The notes under the pieces are model-generated. The model ran no database searches, had not been told where the DNA came from, and was given only the letters and a program-made list of their open reading frames with translations. Made by a program: the position numbers and the translations under genes. From assembly GCA_963733675.1 (NCBI GenBank), contig CAVTET010000011.1:1-27413 (forward strand): a stretch of 27,413 bases of DNA, written 5' to 3'. Numbering within the stretch: the first letter of the stretch is position 1; the number at the start of each line of letters is the position of its first letter. Source of the stretch: an uncultured Methanosarcinaceae archaeon (GTDB lineage Archaea > Halobacteriota > Methanosarcinia > Methanosarcinales > Methanosarcinaceae). Shown piece after piece: positions 7,963 through 17,394 of this stretch.

Positions 7963-8044
7963 ATAGAAGGCACTTTCATGGATAATTAATAAACTCATGA
8001 ATTAATTAGAGTTTAAAAACGGCTCATGGCTTTTAACTAAGATT

Positions 8045-8165
8045 TATAGGACTTTATGCAGTTTAACTGAACAATCAATAACATCAAGCTTGTAATCCTA
8101 AAGAAATTAGGTTTTGGCTGCAGTGTTTATTGACTCGATTTCGCCTTAAGTTGTGTAATCCTATA
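8045..8165. mobile_element. MITE-like element with TATAGGACTT...ATCCTATA ends
   Basis: TATAGGACTTTATGCAGTT ... AAGTTGTGTAATCCTATA imperfect terminal inverted repeats, related to the ends at 15072-15332 and 19334-19454. Confidence 0.55.
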
Positions 8166-8374
8166 TCACTTTTCAGTCTTTATCCATTTGGATATTGTGT
8201 TATCTTGTGTCTAAGAGCTTGTCTTAATACTCTTTTATCATTTTGCGGAGTATTTTTATACGACCCAGTCTTCTAATCATGTTTTTTCGGTTCTGTTGCA
8301 AAAAATCCAAAAAAAATATGTAAATCTATAAGTAATTAATAAAAATCAAAATATTCCAGAAAAATGTACTAACA

Positions 8375-8937
8375 TTATAAAGCTATACCAAATAATTGAT
8401 TAATGTATTTGACTTCATTAAGAACAGAGTAATTTAGATCGATTACTTGTCCTTTTTTGATCATATTTATAGCTTCAATTCCTTTTAAGGTTTTATTAGC
8501 AGATCGAAAAGACTGAAATCCTAACATTGGATTAACGATTCTCTTTATAGATCTGTGATCTTGTTCTATAATGTTATTCAAATACTTAATTTGTCTAATT
8601 TCAACATTTTTAGGTAGTATTTTATCATTTTTCAGTTTATCTATAGCAGGTGGATAAGCTGGATTCTTATCAACTGTTATTACTCGTGGAATTTGATTAT
8701 GATTAGAACTCAAAGCTTTCTTAAAGAATCTCTTCGCTGCCTTTCTATCTCGTTTTGAACTTAACATGAAATCAATTGTATCTCCATTTGAGTCAACTGC
8801 TCGGTAAAAATATTTCCATTTACCTTTTACTTTGATATAGGTTTCATCAACTCTCCACGAATCATTTGTTGGTCTTAAATGTCTTCTTATCTTCTTTTCT
8901 AGTTCAGGGGAATATTGATGTACCCATCTCATTATAG
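8375..8937 (-). pseudogene. IS6-family DDE transposase lacking its N-terminus
   Basis: IMRWVHQY, WRVDETYIKVKGKWKY, ITVDKNPAY, NNIIEQDHR. Begins abruptly at the nested MITE junction. Confidence 0.9.
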
Positions 8938-9067
8938 GGTTCCGTTGCAAAAATAATTTTACTGCCTTTTTAGGCTATAACTATTGCTTTTTTGTATTAT
9001 TATTGACCTGTTTATGGAATATAAATATCCTAATTGTGAAGGTTTTTTCTGATTTTGCAAGGGAGCC
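8938..9067. mobile_element. 130-bp IS6-type MITE nested in the IS6
   Basis: GGTTCCGTTGCAAAAA at 8938 and TTTTGCAAGGGAGCC ending at 9067, with a non-coding interior. Confidence 0.8.
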
Positions 9068-9243
9068 AGATTTTTTGCAACGGAACCCCTTTGAGTCCTG
9101 ATCAAATCTTAAAAAAGAGTGTACCTACCATTTTTAGGAAAATTTATAGAGAATCTTATAATTCAGATTTTCAATAATTCATGGACATCATCAGAAAGTA
9201 AAACACAAGAATCTATATCTTGAAGAACTGCAGTATTATTGCA

Positions 9244-9332
9244 GAAGATATCGATAAATCTTTAATTTTCACTAATCATTTAGATATAATTTGTAAATAT
9301 ATGACTTAATTTAGGAGTTTATCGAAGTCCTC
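9244..9332 (+). mobile_element. 89-bp MITE-like element, subfamily A
   Basis: GAAGATATCGATAAA...TTTATCGAAGTCCTC inverted ends. Gap-free alignment to 14214-14302 (about 66/89 identical by hand count). Confidence 0.75.
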
Positions 9333-9385
9333 GAAACTTTATAAAATGCCGCTACAACCTTTTTCTAGAAAATCTGCTTCGAAAA

Positions 9386-10063
9386 TCAGTTTTTCTCGAC
9401 GAGTTTTGCTTCCAGAATCTTTAAAGATCCACTATCTCCTTCCCATTCAATTTCACTCTTTACAATTTCAATATGTTTCTTATAGAAAGGAGCATCAAGG
9501 ACAAGAGTTTCATATTCTCCCCCTTCTCCAGCCATGTGGATCATATGCCTGCGATTAAGAGCTTTAAGATGTTCGATGGAATTTACATTGATAGGACGGC
9601 CAAGGCAAGATTTATCAAGTCCTTCGGCAGCAACCTGGACAATCCGGATATCCAGAACTTTTGACATCTCATTGAGCAACTCTTCAGGATCCTTGTGCCA
9701 TAGAGGAGCGTAGACCCGAAGATCCATAGAATCACATATTTTCTGAATTCTACCTGCCTGATACTGAGATTCAATAGCTCCTACTAATATCCCTTCTACG
9801 TTCACTTTTTTTAGGGCAAGGGCCAGGTCATCTAGTTCAAGTTCCTTGATTCCACTGGACTGTTGCTGGATCAACGGAATTTCACAGGCAGTTGATATTA
9901 GTTCTACCATGTGAAGGTTGATGGAATGAAACATGTAGGAATCGCTCCTTGCTGGAACAATGTTAATTAGGTGAGTGACCTCATGCCCTTCTTCTAAGGC
10001 TTTGTGTATGGCAAAAATCGAGTCTTTGCCACCTGAAATTAGTGCTGCGAGTTTCATCTGCAT
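9386..10063 (-). CDS. dph6: Diphthine--ammonia ligase (PP-loop ATPase, Dph6/TIGR00289 family)
   Basis: MKLAALISGGKDS PP-loop, SYMFHS, GAIESQYQ, AGEGGEYETLVLDAP. Likely start is 10057 or 10063 rather than 10117. Confidence 0.9.
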   Translation of the reverse strand: MQMKLAALISGGKDSIFAIHKALEEGHEVTHLINIVPARSDSYMFHSINLHMVELISTACEIPLIQQQSSGIKELELDDLALALKKVNVEGILVGAIESQYQAGRIQKICDSMDLRVYAPLWHKDPEELLNEMSKVLDIRIVQVAAEGLDKSCLGRPINVNSIEHLKALNRRHMIHMAGEGGEYETLVLDAPFYKKHIEIVKSEIEWEGDSGSLKILEAKLVEKN

Positions 10064-10151
10064 CCCTATGTTTAACCACTTTTTCCGTACCTCAGGGTTA
10101 TGATCGTGGTTCATCATGTAATATTTGATATATTTTTTGATTTTTCAGCCT

Positions 10152-10938
10152 TTAATCTCGGTATTTCCAACCTCAATATACTTTTTCCAGCTTTTCAAAA
10201 CTAACTTCGTAACGATATTTCATTTCTTCTCAGTTTGGAAGGTATGTCTGACAGCCCGTTTGTATTGGAAGGGAAACTACAGTTGATACTATTTTCCACA
10301 TGTGGTAGGAGAGCATCATCTTGTAAGTATCATTAGGATGCCTGCCCTGCAAGTGTCTCCTTCTCACGAGGTACCAACAGTTCTAATAGAAACCACAGGA
10401 AATGTGAATTCTTCTTTATCGGTATAGATTCTGCTCCATTCAGCATCTTATGTGACTATGATAATTGCAATGATAGTTTTTAGCTCACAGAAGTTTTTCT
10501 CTTATCTTCGAAACCCACCTGATTTCATGCCGGTTTGGAAGAGGATAGCAGTATGAACGAGGATGAGTTCTAGTTTCTCTTTTGAATAGGTGCTATGTCT
10601 TGGTCCAGATCAAAGGATACAAAGTTGGCTATTTGCATGATGATGCAATATATACTAGATCTCCGATGGCTAACTGGACAAATTGGATATATCCTGTTTC
10701 AAACTCTTTGAATTTTGAAGAGGCTCTTCAGTAAAAATATATGTTATCTGGTTATTTTCCTTGTCTGTGAAAATAAAAGCTTTGGAAACTTGCAATGGCA
10801 ACCATAATGTTAGCAGCACTCACGTTTGGGTACTTCTGGTAATCAATCGCAAGGGAATATTCATTTTTTTTCTATTCTTTCAACATCAACGATGCGATAC
10901 AGAGCATGATGTCCTACAATAGAGACTTGTCCGTCCAT
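10152..10938 (-). pseudogene. PfkB/ribokinase-family carbohydrate (nucleoside) kinase, heavily degraded
   Basis: Ordered fragments in shifting frames: MDGQVSIVGH, SAANIMVAIA, SKAFIFTDKENNQ, FVSFDLDQD, NRHEIR, IIVT*DAEWSRIY, EGDTCRAG (GAGD anion-hole remnant). The 3' boundary is approximate. Confidence 0.8.
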
Positions 10939-11304
10939 GTAGTATCCTCTTTTTTCATGGGGCTCGGATGAGCCCAGAGATTTTTGAGATTTTATATACT
11001 TAAATATGGATAAATATACCGGAAACGTAAACTATTTTTTTGTCGGCTTCTAACTATGAAATACACCTTCTTTTTCTTCATGAGATTGTTTGAGCTTTTC
11101 TGGACTAAATTATGAGAATTTCTGTAAAACACTAAATTTTGTTATATAATTATAATTGTATACAATTAATATTAGCGAAAAGTCAAAAGTTTGTCGATAA
11201 TCCTCTTTAAGTATGAAAAGCTTCACAATTATGCCTATGCAATTTCTGGTATTTTGACAGTTTTTTCCGAAAAACTCTTTTTGTCATGTTTTCAAAAAAA
11301 CTGT

Positions 11305-11694
11305 TTATTTATCTCCTTTATTTTTCTGCTTTTTTTCTCCCTTATCTACATATCTTTCGAATTCAGTCACCTCGACAACTGTCAGTGGAATGTCGCGGAG
11401 AGATTTACCTATCACAGATTTTGTAATCCTTTCTGCGTGTTCTGCAGATTCGGCATCAAAAACTTTCATCTCAAAAATAAGTCCCACAAGAGCAGTATTT
11501 GCTGCTATAAATACACTGCTGAAGGGCTCGCAACATGCAGGGCAGGAAGTGGTTCCTACGTCGACCTCAACAAAGTCCAATTTGGGGTTCAGGCGCTTTC
11601 CAGCTTCAGAAATCGCTACCCCTATCGCATCATCAGTTGTCTTTACATCTCTTACCAACCAAGCTGCTTCAAGTACCACATGAAAGTTTTTCAT
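11305..11694 (-). CDS. UPF0212/DUF555 family protein
   Basis: [32 protein letters not shown] zinc knuckle, [13 protein letters not shown]. Confidence 0.9.
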   Translation of the reverse strand: MKNFHVVLEAAWLVRDVKTTDDAIGVAISEAGKRLNPKLDFVEVDVGTTSCPACCEPFSSVFIAANTALVGLIFEMKVFDAESAEHAERITKSVIGKSLRDIPLTVVEVTEFERYVDKGEKKQKNKGDK

Positions 11695-11962
11695 TATTAT
11701 TCACCGTAATTCTTCTATTATTATACTTTTTTAAGAATATTTTCTGATTGGGAAAATTTTTGCAGAATCTAAAGAATTTATTAAAATATATAAATTGTTT
11801 CTTATTCTGATAACAGTTATGTACGTTCTTTTGACATTGTTTTTCAGTTCTACTTTTTGTTTTTAGTTCTATATTTTCAAATTTTTCATTCAGGGATACC
11901 TTACTTTCTCTATTCTATGTAGATTCCCGCATTTTCATTTTTTGCTTCTTTGTTCTTTTTTC

Positions 11963-12253
11963 TCATATGGTGAAAAGGGTTTCATCATCAACTACAAAAA
12001 TACCGAGTTTTGTTCCCGCATCTAGCCATGCATGACCATAGCTGAAAGAGGCAAGAGCATTTACCGGATCTCCATTGTTCTGAAAATAAACCCCATCCTT
12101 ATAATAGGCTTCAGCCATTGTGTAATAATCTTTTGCAATGTTATTCATGTGGGAATTTGGGGTCGGGAAATATTTTGCTTTTTGCAGTGCTCTTTTTAGC
12201 ATATCTTCATATCTTTTGACTTTTTCGTTTAAATCAGCAGGCACCTTGATCAC
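11963..12253 (-). CDS. DUF357 family protein
   Basis: MAEAYYKDGVYF...VNALASFSYGHAWLDAG. Overlaps the dph5 stop; the start may be GTG 12244. Confidence 0.9.
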   Translation of the reverse strand: MIKVPADLNEKVKRYEDMLKRALQKAKYFPTPNSHMNNIAKDYYTMAEAYYKDGVYFQNNGDPVNALASFSYGHAWLDAGTKLGIFVVDDETLFTI

Positions 12254-13089
12254 CTGAGAAGCAGATTAGTAGCTTTATTCTTTCTTTTTACTTCATCCTT
12301 TTCCATAAGCTCCATTGGTCCTCCAGCCAGTATCACAAGTGCTTCAGCTTCAAGGAAGTGTATCTTTCCTGGAATTACGAGTATATGGAGGGGTTTTCCA
12401 AAATTGAAGTGTTTTAGCTTTTTTGCATAATCAGCTTTTATTACCGGTTTTTCCGAGCCTGCTCTAGCAATCCCAATTGCAATAGTTCGGTTTATGAGTC
12501 CTTCTCCTCTTCTTTCATCAATTTCCAGAAGAAGTTCAAGTGCTGTGTTCACGGTCATGTAGCCATTTTCTTTATCAATATCCAGAAAAATTAAAGTATG
12601 AAGACCCATTTCTATATTTTGATTTATAATATCATAAGGTGTTTCCGAGATAATTCTTGTGCCTCTTTTGCTTTTATAGGGGTGGGGAATGCTTGTTGAT
12701 TTCCCAAAGCAATAGTTCTGCAGCCCTGTGAGCCCTGAAACGGCTGAAGTAATGGAAGCTCCATGAATCACGTGGGTGTCTATTCCTAATTTTTCTGCTC
12801 TCAGGCGCAGATCCACATGGGTTGTAGAAATCATCGTGTCTCCCCCAGTCAAAAAAACTATATCCATTTCTTTTGCTTTTACCAACCAATCCGGCTGCTG
12901 TTCTATATTCTCTCTTGAGAGCAAACAAACTTTTTTTCCATATAGCTTTTCCATTTTATCCAGGTTTGTACCCATGAGACATGAAGTATAGAACTCCGCA
13001 TAAACAATATCAGCTTTCCTAACAGCCTCCAGTCCCTTTAAAGAAATGTCATACTCGCTAAAAAGACCCAGCCCTATGAATGTGAGCAT
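12250..13089 (-). CDS. dph5: Diphthine synthase
   Basis: MLTFIGLGL..DISLKGLE, YAEFYTS, TTHVDL, IHGASI, GLHTLIFLDI, PLHILVIPG. Confidence 0.95.
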   Translation of the reverse strand: MLTFIGLGLFSEYDISLKGLEAVRKADIVYAEFYTSCLMGTNLDKMEKLYGKKVCLLSRENIEQQPDWLVKAKEMDIVFLTGGDTMISTTHVDLRLRAEKLGIDTHVIHGASITSAVSGLTGLQNYCFGKSTSIPHPYKSKRGTRIISETPYDIINQNIEMGLHTLIFLDIDKENGYMTVNTALELLLEIDERRGEGLINRTIAIGIARAGSEKPVIKADYAKKLKHFNFGKPLHILVIPGKIHFLEAEALVILAGGPMELMEKDEVKRKNKATNLLLR

Positions 13090-14024
13090 AGCCTGCTTTA
13101 TGGTCTTATTATCTTAAAGCTTTTTGTCGCGGAGATATTCCGTTACATTACAATTGTATATACTTTTTATTTCGTCTGGTTCTTTTGATTTACTATAGTC
13201 GATTGCATGTGGATTGAAGCCTACATAATCATTATGCTTAAAACGCTTTTTTTACAGCAATAGCATAGTCTTTAGACTTTGAACTTGAGAAACAATGTAT
13301 TGATCGAATTTGGCATTCAGCTATGGTCAACCTAAAATTGATGATATGAAAATTTCAAACAAAATTCAGTCGGATGTATTGAAGTTGTGAAAAGTTAAAA
13401 AAATCGGTATCATGAGAATTTATTATATTGCACATTTAATTGGTGGAGCTAAAATTGGAATAGATGCTATGAATGGAGAAAAGGTTGCTAGTAATTTTTG
13501 AGAACACAATGAACTTGAACTTGCTCTGGAGATTTGAAATTCTCATCCTTCGAAAACAAAATTTGATATCAACCAACAACTTTACAGAACCAAAAAATTC
13601 AATCTTTATATTATCGTATCCAGAAAATTACAGCTCTTTCCTGTAATTGTCATATATCTTGTAGAGTTGCAGAAAAAATAATATATTTATTATTTTACAA
13701 GAGAAATAGTATTTAATTTTCAAGTAGTGAAAAATGATAGCTGTAAACAGTTTAGGTACTTATGGTAGTTAGTTAATAACGTTTTTTTGGTAATTTTTTA
13801 TCCCAACAGTAAGCGGTTGGTATTCGACTGAGATCACTTTTTGGTTTCCAGTGATGCTAGAATCTTGAAAAAGAGCTTCTGAGTCAGCTTTGGTGCAATG
13901 GGAATTTGAATATTTTTGCTAAGAGATGGAGTAACATGTTTTAGTTGTTCAACTTCATTGAAAGTACCTACTTCAAGATTTTGTGATTTGTGGTTAATTT
14001 CAGGTAGAAATCTCAAATAAAATT

Positions 14025-14093
14025 TAATATATATTTATATATTTATATATATATATATATAAATATGTGTATGTATCCATATATATATATATT
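14025..14093. repeat. (AT)n microsatellite-like tract
   Basis: Runs of TATATATA interrupted by ATGTGTATGTATCC. Confidence 0.8.
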
Positions 14094-14213
14094 TACCCGA
14101 TGGAGATACATCCATGTTGCTTATAATCGCTTAGTATGGTTTAAATAAGGAGATCTGCATTTGAAACAATGGATTAAAGTTGGTGAAGTACTCTAAATTA
14201 GGAAGAATCCTAT

Positions 14214-14302
14214 GAAGATTTCGATAAATCTTTTATTTTCACGATCTATTTACACTACAGTTGTCAGCATGTGACAAAATTTAGGAATTTATCGCGATTC
14301 TC
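14214..14302 (+). mobile_element. 89-bp MITE-like element, subfamily A
   Basis: GAAGATTTCGATAAAT...ATTTATCGCGATTCTC; collinear with 9244-9332. Confidence 0.75.
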
Positions 14303-14437
14303 CAGTATTCAATATTATAGGTTATAGCAACCTTAATTCATGAGAGTGAGGCGTATATGGTGAGAGTTTACATTTAATATAGCGCCACAAAAGTTACAAC
14401 GAGTAAGAGATACTATAAAGAACATGGAATGAATATA

Positions 14438-14526
14438 TATAATTTCGATAAACTTCTGATTTCAACAAATTGCTTATATAGGCTCTATAAACAAACAGTC
14501 AAAAATTGGAGCTTATAGGAATTTTC
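14438..14526 (+). mobile_element. 89-bp MITE-like element, subfamily B
   Basis: AATTTCGATAAACTTCTGATTTCAACAAATTGCTTAT... matches the reverse complement of 6203-6291. Confidence 0.7.
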
Positions 14527-15071
14527 TATAGCTTTTCAAGCAATATTTTCGCCAAAAAAATTATTAAATCGCTTTAAAGATAATTTTTATTATTGAAATC
14601 TCTATTGATTAGCTCCCTCTTGACATTAGCAAAAAAATTAATTCGATGCGCTTAAAGTTTTATTATTTTGCATTATTAGGGGTAGTATCTGAAATCAGAA
14701 CAGAATATAAAGGTCTCTTCCTTTTTATGCAGCCATATTTTGAGAAATATCTGGAGACCGTCGTAAGCTCATAAATTAATTCTACCTTGCTAAAAAATTA
14801 GTTGCTCCAAAAAGAATTAGTTTCGGCTAATTTACTTGATATTCTATACCTACATAAAAAAAATAAACATATACGGAAAATTTGTTCCTTTATCTATTTC
14901 ATTTCCTTTTTTTAGGCTTTCCATGTTTCTGTGATTCAACTTTGAATTTAAGTTTCGTAGATCTATTAATATCCATGGATATAACTCCATTAACTCCATT
15001 TTACTTAGTTTTTAAAGTGTTAACATTTACTTGAGGACCATGGGAAGAAAGAGGGTCATAGACGTTAATTG

Positions 15072-15332
15072 TTAGGGCTTAGCACTTGAATAAATCAATC
15101 TCATTAATCCTACGATTGTCTAAATCCGCTTTCTGCAAATGTACACAGTTATACAATCTATTTTCAATATGAAAGTAGCTCAAAAATTGATTTAACTTTC
15201 AACGGATAATAATGGCTAAAATAGGCAAAAAAATTTTATATCTGTGTACATCGGTGGATGTCAATATAAAGCATAAGTTTAATTGAAATGTCCAAAGTAA
15301 TTGATTTTGTACTTCAAGTGTGTAAGTCTTAA
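15072..15332. mobile_element. MITE-like element containing a second nested MITE
   Basis: Outer ends TTAGGGCTTAGCACTTGAA / TTCAAGTGTGTAAGTCTTAA. Inner ends TCTGCAAATGTACACAG (15132) / CTGTGTACATCGGTGGA (ends 15258). Confidence 0.65.
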
Positions 15333-15339
15333 TAATGTT

Positions 15340-15708
15340 CACTTACTTTTCACTTTGGCATAATAAAGTTTTTACTGGATCACTTCTACAGTATTCTTTA
15401 AAAGTTAATCTTAACAGTGCTTTTTAGTTCTTTACTACCCTTCTAAACAGGATTTTTGGATGTGGAAGTGCTTTGTCCCCCAATTCCAAAGACCAAGAAT
15501 TATTTGATCCGTGTTTTTATCGGTTAATTTCAACGTTAGCAGCGTCTTCCATATAAAGCGATACAGAATAAGTAATAATCTAAGTTTCAAAGCAGTTAAA
15601 ATATTACAGTTCGATTATGTTGTATTATGTACTTCCAACATCATTCTTTACTTTTAAGTTAAATGATATTTTCCATTCTGCTATGCACATTCACAGGATT
15701 CTTGATTG
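15340..15708 (-). pseudogene. Two decayed PKD domains, formerly the C-terminus of the upstream surface protein
   Basis: SFGDDTI* followed in shifting frames by KNPVNVHSRMEKY, LKVKNDVGST, then SWSLELGDK and STSKNPV. These echo the PKD consensus WxFGDG...NPxHxY..GxYTVxLTVxNxxGS. Confidence 0.7.
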
Positions 15709-17394
15709 TTAAATTGTATCATCACCAAAACTTATGTCCATAAGTGATTTTTCTTCTACATTAAATGGATCATAAACAGGAGAAGTGGTTCTAATTATAT
15801 TATTACTGAATCTTTCAGTGGGAAGTATAGGTGTTAATAAACGCGATTCTGATTTTGAGGCAGACCATGTATTCCCATCATTGCCTATGTTGATCCGGTT
15901 TCCATTGGGTTGCGGTTCATTAGAATAATCCGATGAAGGATATCCGGCATCTATGCACGGAGAATTTATGATGTCATTTACCCAGCCACTTCCATCCCAA
16001 CGACCTGCTTTTGATTTCAGATGATAATCGTGTTTTTTTTGATCTGCAAAGAGAGGGTCTGCATAGATATCAGTCGCTGAGTTCGCGTTTATGTAATTCC
16101 CGCCAGCATTATTATAAAGGCAGTTATTTTCCAACATAATGGTATGAGTTTCAGGAAGATAATTGATAACTGCATATCCTGTTCCGTTAGGTTTTTTTGT
16201 CCGCTTTTGAGTGTCTACGATTATGTTATTAATTACAATGGTCCTGTACATTTCTTTTGGTGAATAATCAGATGAGTAATCATTGGGATTCATGATTAAA
16301 ATGGCTGCATTGTATACACCATCAAATACATTGTTTTCGATAAGGGTGTCATGGAATCCACTTCCTACGATGCCCCCAACCCACGTAATTATAGGATTAG
16401 GATTAGTGCCTGTGTTGTAGAAGACATTGTGATGAATATGGATATTCTTTCCCTGATCTCTGGTAGTAAGAGAGGTGTCATAATTAAAAAACCAGATTCC
16501 AGGTCCATATGTATTGTGGATAGTATTATCATAGACTTCTATATTATCCATAATTCCAGAACTCTTTTCGATCTGAATACCCGGTCCACCTGCACTCCAA
16601 TGATAGAAAGAATCTATTATATTATTATGCAATTTTACTTCATTAGAGTTCCACATTCTAAGAGCGCTATTTGTCCTGCAGGTTATTTTGTTATTCCAGG
16701 CTTCCACGTTCTCACATCCAATAGCAAACATTCCGTCATGTCCGAGCTTGTATATATTGTTGTTGTAGAATTGAATATTTTTGCACTGATTTGTTCTCAG
16801 TCCATCTCCCATCCCATCATGCATATACATGTTGTATACTTTTATATTTGTAGAATGTTTGAAGTAAATTAAACTATAGTATCCACTTCCTAATTTGATT
16901 TCACTATTACCAGCATAATTTCCATCAACCTCAAAGCCCCTTATTGTAACGCTATTGTTTCCTAAACAGTTCATCTGTTGAATCAGGGGTTTCATTGTAT
17001 CCCATCCTGCATGATCAGCCAGTTTAATCACAGCATTAGAATCCCCTTCAAGAATTGTATTGCTACCGATCAAAAGAGTATCATTTATGGTGTATGTAAA
17101 CGGTCCTTTAAGGTGGACTGTTGTGTATTCAGGGTTTTCTGCCACAAACTTTAGGGCTTTGTTTATTTGTACATTGTCATCTTTTCCATTGCAACTAAAA
17201 TTTCCACTGCCATCTCCTGCAATATAAATTATTGGCATGGAACTTCTGCATAAAGCAGTATGAACGCTTGCAAAGACAAGGCAACTTACCAGGGAAAGAA
17301 GCACTAATTCTCGTTTTAAAACCGAGATTATATGATGTCGATCAAAATAAAATTCATTAGTTTTTTGATTAGGTAAAAACTTATGTACTGACAT
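15709..17394 (-). CDS. Right-handed parallel beta-helix surface protein (disaggregatase-related type), C-terminally truncated
   Basis: Signal-like LKRELVLLSLVSCLVFASV, IYIAGDGSGNFSCNGKDDNVQIN, TTVHLKGPFTYTINDT, repeated N-x-I beta-helix rungs, DPLFAD...DYHLKS.AGRW, SPCIDAG. RBS GGGGGT before ATG 17394. Confidence 0.85.
   Translation of the reverse strand: MSVHKFLPNQKTNEFYFDRHHIISVLKRELVLLSLVSCLVFASVHTALCRSSMPIIYIAGDGSGNFSCNGKDDNVQINKALKFVAENPEYTTVHLKGPFTYTINDTLLIGSNTILEGDSNAVIKLADHAGWDTMKPLIQQMNCLGNNSVTIRGFEVDGNYAGNSEIKLGSGYYSLIYFKHSTNIKVYNMYMHDGMGDGLRTNQCKNIQFYNNNIYKLGHDGMFAIGCENVEAWNNKITCRTNSALRMWNSNEVKLHNNIIDSFYHWSAGGPGIQIEKSSGIMDNIEVYDNTIHNTYGPGIWFFNYDTSLTTRDQGKNIHIHHNVFYNTGTNPNPIITWVGGIVGSGFHDTLIENNVFDGVYNAAILIMNPNDYSSDYSPKEMYRTIVINNIIVDTQKRTKKPNGTGYAVINYLPETHTIMLENNCLYNNAGGNYINANSATDIYADPLFADQKKHDYHLKSKAGRWDGSGWVNDIINSPCIDAGYPSSDYSNEPQPNGNRINIGNDGNTWSASKSESRLLTPILPTERFSNNIIRTTSPVYDPFNVEEKSLMDISFGDDTI

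Larger units (their letters stand above)
8289..9087 (-). mobile_element. IS6-family insertion sequence (defective)
   Basis: Terminal inverted repeats GGTTCTGTTGCAAAAAATC (8289) and the reverse complement of GGTTCCGTTGCAAAAAATC (9069-9087), 18/19 match. No target-site duplication visible. Confidence 0.9.

Noticed and set aside
10064-10117. N-terminal extension of Dph6 given by the ORF track
   Set aside because: The family begins at MKLAALISGGKDS; the extension is probably non-coding.
13250-13600. Possible + strand gene relic (YGQPKIDDMKISNK...AHLIGGAKIGIDAMNGEKV)
   Set aside because: May be a pseudogene, but I cannot assign a family or boundaries.
13834-14016. 60-aa minus-strand ORF
   Set aside because: Non-ATG start and no recognisable motif.
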